A DNA stretch of 29,939 bases from a virus. Its lineage: Duplodnaviria; Caudoviricetes. The position numbers were made by a program, and so were the translations under genes. The notes under the pieces are model-generated. The model made no database searches and had not been told where the DNA came from. It saw nothing but the letters and a program-made list of their open reading frames with translations. Below, one piece after another: positions 24,584-29,939 of this stretch (position 1 is its first letter; each line of letters begins with the position of its first letter). Location: the IMG/VR virus record IMGVR_UViG_3300020045_000828, positions 1-29,939 of that record; one strand, 5' to 3'.

Positions 24584-24993
24584 TCTTCAATTGTTAGTTG
24601 ATATGTCACAATGATTCCGTCAAAATTATAGTCAAAAACGTTGATCACTTCAACAGTTTCCCACAAATCAAAGGTTGCTTCATAGGTACAACGGATTGAA
24701 TCTTTTATTGCTTTCAAATCAGCCTGAACAATTGGCTTGATATATTTTTGATAGCGGTCATCATAGCTTTTTTCATCAATATCAGAAGACCGCAAAATCA
24801 TGAAAGAACCTGAATGAACTTTCTTTTCCGTCACGCCTGATTCATTGTCAACGTCACGCGTCTTGACTGGGTCAAGGAACAAGTTTGACTTGTTTTTCAC
24901 TTCAACCGCTTCATGTAGGTTGTGAAAATCTGTTCTTCCATAATCAAAAACCCAGCCTTTTGAAGTTGCAATTGCTTTTAGAATTTCATACAT
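24580..24993 (-). CDS. Putative tail terminator protein
   Basis: 137-aa alpha/beta protein ending 'FDYNFDGIIVTYQLTI'; call rests on position and size. Confidence 0.4.
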   Translation of the reverse strand: MYEILKAIATSKGWVFDYGRTDFHNLHEAVEVKNKSNLFLDPVKTRDVDNESGVTEKKVHSGSFMILRSSDIDEKSYDDRYQKYIKPIVQADLKAIKDSIRCTYEATFDLWETVEVINVFDYNFDGIIVTYQLTIEE

Positions 24994-24995
24994 GA

Positions 24996-25535
24996 TTATT
25001 TTGTTTTAATTTTTCCCATTTCATGACTTAAATCAGACGCCGTCTTTCTCATTAATAGAATGGTGAAAACTTCAGAATAAGCCATGTTCATATAATGACT
25101 ATACTTTGTAGCGTCCCCACCTGAAAGCATTTCAAGCGTGTTGTAAATACCGAATTTTGCCATTCTTTCACCGCCGTTCACCGCTTCCCATTTCAAATTC
25201 GATTCTGAAGGCGTCAAAGCGTTTTCTTCAGCCGTAACAATAAGATTCAATTGTTCACGGATTGAATTCAGCAAACCGAAAAATTCAATGATAGGAAAGT
25301 CAAGAACTTCTTCTTCAGTACATTTTTGAACCTTTGAAATTATCTTTATCAAGTCACGGTCTTCACCTGAATCAATGGTTTGCTTGACAAGTTCAACGTG
25401 TTTCAATTTCATGTTGAAAAGGTCACGCTTTGTTTCCTTTGGCTTCACGTAACGCAAGGCAACAACATAGTTTTGAATCAAGTCTTGTTCCTGATTCAAT
25501 AAGTCAATCAATTTGAAGTTTTCAATTTCTATCAT
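24996..25535 (-). CDS. Hypothetical morphogenesis protein (possible tail assembly chaperone)
   Basis: 179-aa helical ORF translationally coupled to TerL. Confidence 0.5.
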   Translation of the reverse strand: MIEIENFKLIDLLNQEQDLIQNYVVALRYVKPKETKRDLFNMKLKHVELVKQTIDSGEDRDLIKIISKVQKCTEEEVLDFPIIEFFGLLNSIREQLNLIVTAEENALTPSESNLKWEAVNGGERMAKFGIYNTLEMLSGGDATKYSHYMNMAYSEVFTILLMRKTASDLSHEMGKIKTK

Positions 25536-26722
25536 TATTTTACAAACTTAAAACTATTTCCAACATTTGAAGACTTTGCCAACATTTCAGCAAAATAATA
25601 TCTGACAGGGTCAATCAAGTGATTCCAGTCATCAACCGGAACACCAAGCAATTCACCCGCTTTGTTCATCTTATAAGAATAATTTTCAAATTCTTCAACG
25701 GCGTTCTTTCCCACAACAACAAGTTCAAATTCTTGCATGACTGAAATCCCAAAGTCAATGTCTTTATTGTCCGCGCCTTTTATCTTTATTCCGTAGCTTT
25801 GCAACTCTTTTATTGACTTTGGTTCAGCACTATCAGCAATAATCAACCCGCTGAAAAGTTGCGTGTCTTGTTTAATCCTTGCGGCAATCTGTGAATTCAG
25901 AAGACCTTTTTCATAAAGATATTCCTGAATGTAGATTTTGCCGTCATGCCTGTATAGTTTTGCAATTCCTGTTGGGTCATTGCTGAAACCCCAGTCAAGG
26001 ACGCCCGCAAGATATTGCGCGCCCGCTGGAATTTGATTTGCTTCTTTCCAGTTTTCAAAAATGACGCCTTCAGTAATTCCAAGAAGACCAAGACCCAGAA
26101 CGCGCCACTTGTTTTTGAAATATTTGCTTCCTTCATCAGCCTTCTTTTTGAACCAAAGAATTGAATCCTTTTCTTTTGGCGGAATGAATTCATTGTGTGT
26201 GAAATTCAGAATGATAAAATCAACGTGCGGTTCACCTATCAATTCTTTATGTGCCCAAAATTTTCGGCGCGGGTTGAAGTCAAGAATTGTGAAGTCTGAA
26301 GTCCTTGAATAAAGTTCAATATAGGTTGAAAACTTTATTGAATCAGCTTCATTCAAATATAAGTGTGTCCGGCGTGAACCAAGCCTTGACCCTTCACCGT
26401 CAACGCTGAAGAATTCAATCAGGTTTGAACCATATTGATAAATATGACGCGTGTTATTTATTTCAAATCTGTCATAAAGACCCCAACTTTTCAGAATCCT
26501 TTCAAAGTCACGCAAAGCACCTGATAAAAGGTTAGGCATACTTTCCGCAACAACGGACAAGACAAGATTTTCACGCTTTGAAATTGCAAGCAATGTGAAC
26601 AACATCAAGATTGAAATTGTCTTTGATGAACCTTTTCCGCCCTGAACAATACGGACGTCTTTTGTAAGGTTGCAAATCTTTTCAAATGCTGTTGTTGTTT
26701 GAAATTGCCCTGTCAAACTCAT
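25535..26722 (-). CDS. terL: Terminase large subunit (PBSX/SPP1-like)
   Basis: Walker A 'VQGGKGSSKT', Walker B 'LYLNEA', 'LDFNP', nuclease motifs 'LDWGFSNDP', 'ADSAEP', 'NHLIDPVRY'. Confidence 0.95.
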   Translation of the reverse strand: MSLTGQFQTTTAFEKICNLTKDVRIVQGGKGSSKTISILMLFTLLAISKRENLVLSVVAESMPNLLSGALRDFERILKSWGLYDRFEINNTRHIYQYGSNLIEFFSVDGEGSRLGSRRTHLYLNEADSIKFSTYIELYSRTSDFTILDFNPRRKFWAHKELIGEPHVDFIILNFTHNEFIPPKEKDSILWFKKKADEGSKYFKNKWRVLGLGLLGITEGVIFENWKEANQIPAGAQYLAGVLDWGFSNDPTGIAKLYRHDGKIYIQEYLYEKGLLNSQIAARIKQDTQLFSGLIIADSAEPKSIKELQSYGIKIKGADNKDIDFGISVMQEFELVVVGKNAVEEFENYSYKMNKAGELLGVPVDDWNHLIDPVRYYFAEMLAKSSNVGNSFKFVK

Positions 26723-27294
26723 TTTGTGCCGGAAATTATGCCTTCAATTATTTTACTGTGTTTCTCATTGGAAGCAAAGATTGTGATTTCATTAACCTTC
26801 TGTTTGTTGTCTTCTTCATAGAATCCTATATGCTTGTTAATCATATCAATTGCCCGTTCTTTAGATACAAAATGAAGTTCAGTTGTTTCTTCAGTTCCGG
26901 TCAAGTTTCCGTCTTTGTCATAAAAGTTCCGTGAATACTTCTTGAATTTAGTAATCAGGCGGCGGACTTCAATCGGAAGTTCTTTGATTTGTTCCGCTGA
27001 CAAGTTGATTGTTTCTGTTATATCTGACTGAACCCAGTTTTGAAGTTCTTTCAAAATTCCTTCATGCGTTGATTCAATAACCTTTGCGGCGGCTTCATGC
27101 TTTTCATGAATATAAGCTTTCATTTCCGGCAATGATTGAAGACGGGAAAAGTTGACAGTTGCGGTTGTGTCCTTCTTAATGTTTGGGTAAAATTTCCGAT
27201 AAGCCGCCGCCCCGTTGAACTTATTGACAAACCATTCGTCAACAATCCTTTTATATTTTTCAACTGAAGTCTTTGACAGGTTGCGCTTTTTCAT
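26719..27294 (-). CDS. terS: Terminase small subunit
   Basis: N-terminal HTH 'FNGAAAYRKFY...TATVNFSRL' and C-terminal 'SKERAIDMINKHIG'; directly upstream of TerL. Confidence 0.85.
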   Translation of the reverse strand: MKKRNLSKTSVEKYKRIVDEWFVNKFNGAAAYRKFYPNIKKDTTATVNFSRLQSLPEMKAYIHEKHEAAAKVIESTHEGILKELQNWVQSDITETINLSAEQIKELPIEVRRLITKFKKYSRNFYDKDGNLTGTEETTELHFVSKERAIDMINKHIGFYEEDNKQKVNEITIFASNEKHSKIIEGIISGTK

Positions 27295-27863
27295 CAAACT
27301 AAAATTTTAAATTTTTCAAATTCTTCTTTCATTGCTTTGTCATAAGGAATCCGCCCGTATTTGACGGCTAATTCGCGAAATCCTGAACCGTTATAAATTG
27401 AAGCAACGGTTGACCAATCTTTTGAAATTAAAGCCGCCTGAAGCCTTGAATCCGTTTCAATGAATTTGCATATCTGCCAAACTTGACGGTCAAGGCTTTT
27501 CTTTGCGTCATCCCACATTAAACCAACTGAAGCAAAACCAAGCCGCCGGAAATGGAAACCCATAATTTGACCAAGTCCAATTGAACAAGAAAGCATTGCC
27601 GCCGTTGAATCCTTCCTGAAGGCGTCATTGAAAGCAATCCATTCTTTTGACTGAACATCAACCTTGTTCACAGACCACAAACCGGACGGCGCAAAAGCGG
27701 CTTTCTTTCTGAACCAGACAGGTTCAAACTGAATGATCAATTTGCCCGTCTTTTCATCAAAGCCTTTGCCGCCCGTTTCAACTGAAATGAAGGCGGCAAC
27801 GGCAACCCAATCAAGACCAAATTCAGCGGCAAAAACTTTGATTAAAGGAATTAACTTTTTCAT
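27294..27863 (-). CDS. Endolysin, N-acetylmuramidase (DUF3380 family)
   Basis: 'AFISVETGGKGF', 'IQFEPVWF', 'SIGLGQIMGFHF', 'ASIYNGSGF'. Confidence 0.9.
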   Translation of the reverse strand: MKKLIPLIKVFAAEFGLDWVAVAAFISVETGGKGFDEKTGKLIIQFEPVWFRKKAAFAPSGLWSVNKVDVQSKEWIAFNDAFRKDSTAAMLSCSIGLGQIMGFHFRRLGFASVGLMWDDAKKSLDRQVWQICKFIETDSRLQAALISKDWSTVASIYNGSGFRELAVKYGRIPYDKAMKEEFEKFKILV

Positions 27864-29939
27864 GATAAAACACTTTTCAATTCATTGTAATACACTTCAT
27901 TCAATCTTTCATTTGACTTGTTTGTCCTGTCTGAATATGGGTGAACAAAGTCAAGACAGTTCATTTGAAAATTTGTAATGTTTCCGCTTCCGTCTTGCAT
28001 TTGTTTTGTCCAAGCCGTTCCGTAAGTAGTGTTATATGCTGAAATGTAATTTGTTGAATTTGGCACGAAATAACCGCTGATTCCTGACTTTTCCCAAATC
28101 TTCATAATAGGGAAAGAATATTTTGAAGCAATCATTTGTTGAATTTGACAAAGATAACTTCCATTTGTGCCGCCGTAATCAACAGTATTTTGAAAATAAC
28201 CGCCTATTATGATTTTAATGTTTGGGTTTATCTTCATTATTTCATCAAGAATGTAATTGAAAGCACCAATAAACTTTGACCTGTCTTTTGAATTCATATC
28301 AATTCCGCCCGCGTCAATTTCAATTTTGATCTTGTCCCTGTCATTGAATCCATGATCAAAAATTAAAACGTCACAAGTGTCTTTCACCCCGTTAATAAAA
28401 GGAAGAATGACGTTGTCAAAACTTGCGGCTTTGTATGTGTTCAATGTTGCTTCAGTAATTGTTCCGGCTGTCACTAAAGGTCTGAAAGCGGTTTCTTTTT
28501 CAGCCACAGTTGCGGACAATGACAGTCCGGCGGGCGTTGCATTGTTCCAAATTACATTGCTTGAACCGATTGCCTGATTGTGAAGTTTGAAACCTAAATT
28601 TCCGCAAGCAACTGAAGGATATTGACAACCGTTAGGAATTGACGTACCAATCCAAAGGACTTTATGATTGTATTGCGGTCTGATTTTCGTTTCAATCCTG
28701 TCAGCGTTTGAATAGTATTCTTTTATGTAATTTGCAGTATATCCGGCGTCAACTGGCAAAGACATACAAGTCACAGCATAATAATAAACATCAGCGGTCA
28801 AAACAACGGAATTCAAGACACGGTTGTCACTTCCAAGAATTGTTTTTGCTGGTATTACTTTCCTGTTTTCGTCATAAAAAGTCAATGCTGGATAAGCTGA
28901 ATAAAGTTTTGAATACACTTCAATTTTTATAATTCCTTTAGCGTATCGCATAGGCGTTCTAAACATATTCGCGCCCTTTTCATCATAAAAATTGCTGTCA
29001 GTTTGCCACCAACCAGTTTGATTAAAAACAGTATAGTCAAATGTTTTGAAGAAAAATGAATCAAGTTTTTTGTACCCACCATAAAAAAGACCATGCGTGA
29101 CAGTCCCAGCATAAACAACATATTTGACAAATTTTGTTCCTTGTGGCAATGTCAACTTATAGAAAATATCAGCCGTAATTCCGCCGCCGTATATCGTTTT
29201 TATTGCTGTCTTTTTTTCGTCATAAAATTCAAGAAGCTTGTAACCGCTATTTATTGAATTGGCAAATTTAATGTATAGGTTTTTATTCAAGGAAGCCAAA
29301 ACATTTATATAGTCAGTTGTTTCATAACTTCCGTTAGCACTTGCAAAAATTCCTGAAGTCCTTCCGGCTGAATCAGTAATTTTCAAAAGGTCTGATTCAA
29401 GGTTGAAATCATTTCCTAAAGGATAGCAATGAAGACTGTTGTTTATATAGCCGCCAACCGGATTAAAAGCAACATACAAAGCCGGAACTTCATCAATTGA
29501 AATCATTGTATTTGCAACCGGAATAAATGTTTCAAAAAGCGTGAATCTTACATATACTGAAGAAGCCGTTCCTGTGATTTGCGCCGTTGCTGAAGTTACT
29601 GAAGAAAGGAACGCCTTGTTTGCATCATACAAGCATATATAAGTATTTGTCCCGTAGGTCATATTAGTCACAATCTTTCTTCCTTGAACAATCGGAATGA
29701 AATCAGACGTGAAGTAATTTGTTCCGGCTGAAACGTTTCCGCCTATTGTCAAATAACCGTTTGACAATTTACTTAAATCTAAAAGATTGATTCCAAAGTT
29801 TTCAGTCACCTTCTTGTTAAATTCTTTCTTTGCCGTGTCCCCGCTTATCGCTTCAGTATTTCCTAAAGCAACAATTCCGGTTGCTGTTGAAGCGTCTTTG
29901 ACATAGGCTGAACCAGACCAATGATAAAAGCCATTCAAA
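27860..29939 (-). CDS. Tail spike/fibre, C-terminal part: three beta modules plus an SGNH/GDSL hydrolase
   Basis: SGNH blocks 'WIGTSI' (Ser), 'NQAIGSS' (Gly), 'DHGFND' (Asn), 'DFVHP' (Asp/His); continues from ATG 510 across the junction. Confidence 0.8.
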   Translation of the reverse strand, partial: LNGFYHWSGSAYVKDASTATGIVALGNTEAISGDTAKKEFNKKVTENFGINLLDLSKLSNGYLTIGGNVSAGTNYFTSDFIPIVQGRKIVTNMTYGTNTYICLYDANKAFLSSVTSATAQITGTASSVYVRFTLFETFIPVANTMISIDEVPALYVAFNPVGGYINNSLHCYPLGNDFNLESDLLKITDSAGRTSGIFASANGSYETTDYINVLASLNKNLYIKFANSINSGYKLLEFYDEKKTAIKTIYGGGITADIFYKLTLPQGTKFVKYVVYAGTVTHGLFYGGYKKLDSFFFKTFDYTVFNQTGWWQTDSNFYDEKGANMFRTPMRYAKGIIKIEVYSKLYSAYPALTFYDENRKVIPAKTILGSDNRVLNSVVLTADVYYYAVTCMSLPVDAGYTANYIKEYYSNADRIETKIRPQYNHKVLWIGTSIPNGCQYPSVACGNLGFKLHNQAIGSSNVIWNNATPAGLSLSATVAEKETAFRPLVTAGTITEATLNTYKAASFDNVILPFINGVKDTCDVLIFDHGFNDRDKIKIEIDAGGIDMNSKDRSKFIGAFNYILDEIMKINPNIKIIIGGYFQNTVDYGGTNGSYLCQIQQMIASKYSFPIMKIWEKSGISGYFVPNSTNYISAYNTTYGTAWTKQMQDGSGNITNFQMNCLDFVHPYSDRTNKSNERLNEVYYNELKSVLS
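29819..29939. repeat. Direct terminal repeat, right copy (circular assembly overlap)
   Basis: Identical to 1-121. Confidence 0.97.

Noticed and set aside
29819-29939. 121-bp terminal repeat as a biological DTR or att site
   Set aside because: It falls mid-gene with the frame continuing across the join, which is the pattern of an assembler overlap on a circular contig.
1-29939. Stop-codon reassignment (TAG is scarce)
   Set aside because: Genes are full length and tightly packed under the standard code, TAG ends the 12835..12996 ORF, and no suppressor tRNA is visible.

Overview
This window is a complete, circularly assembled genome (about 29,818 bp plus a 121-bp terminal overlap) of a small tailed dsDNA phage, probably a siphovirus. 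The host is probably Bacteroidota, judged from TAnnTTTG/TTTG promoters, no Shine-Dalgarno motifs and a DUF4494 gene. Two arms diverge from an AT-rich control region (7596-7863) and converge on a hairpin terminator (17126-17159). The minus-strand late arm crosses the contig junction in a scrambled order: ClpP protease-scaffold, major capsid, tail tube, portal, adaptor, DUF4494, spanin-like protein, holin, 822-aa SGNH tail spike, endolysin, TerS, TerL, neck/tail genes, tail hub, tape measure. The plus-strand early arm has paired DnaJ-type zinc fingers flanking ASCH and DUF550 genes, RHH/HTH regulators, HNH proteins, a Spo11/TopoVI-A-like TOPRIM protein, a Sak/Rad52 annealase, a YqaJ exonuclease and a degenerate MazG-like protein. 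No integrase, CI repressor, polymerase, primase, helicase or initiator is recognisable. The three strongest signals are: (1) near elimination of GAG/CTC on both strands, with TCG/CGA and GCAG/CTGC also depleted; (2) the Spo11-like gene, whose putative catalytic-Tyr segment is one base out of frame with its apparent start codon; (3) three early promoters, each bracketed by a 14-bp direct repeat at exactly 42-bp spacing. Family calls come from motif recognition by eye; no searches were run.
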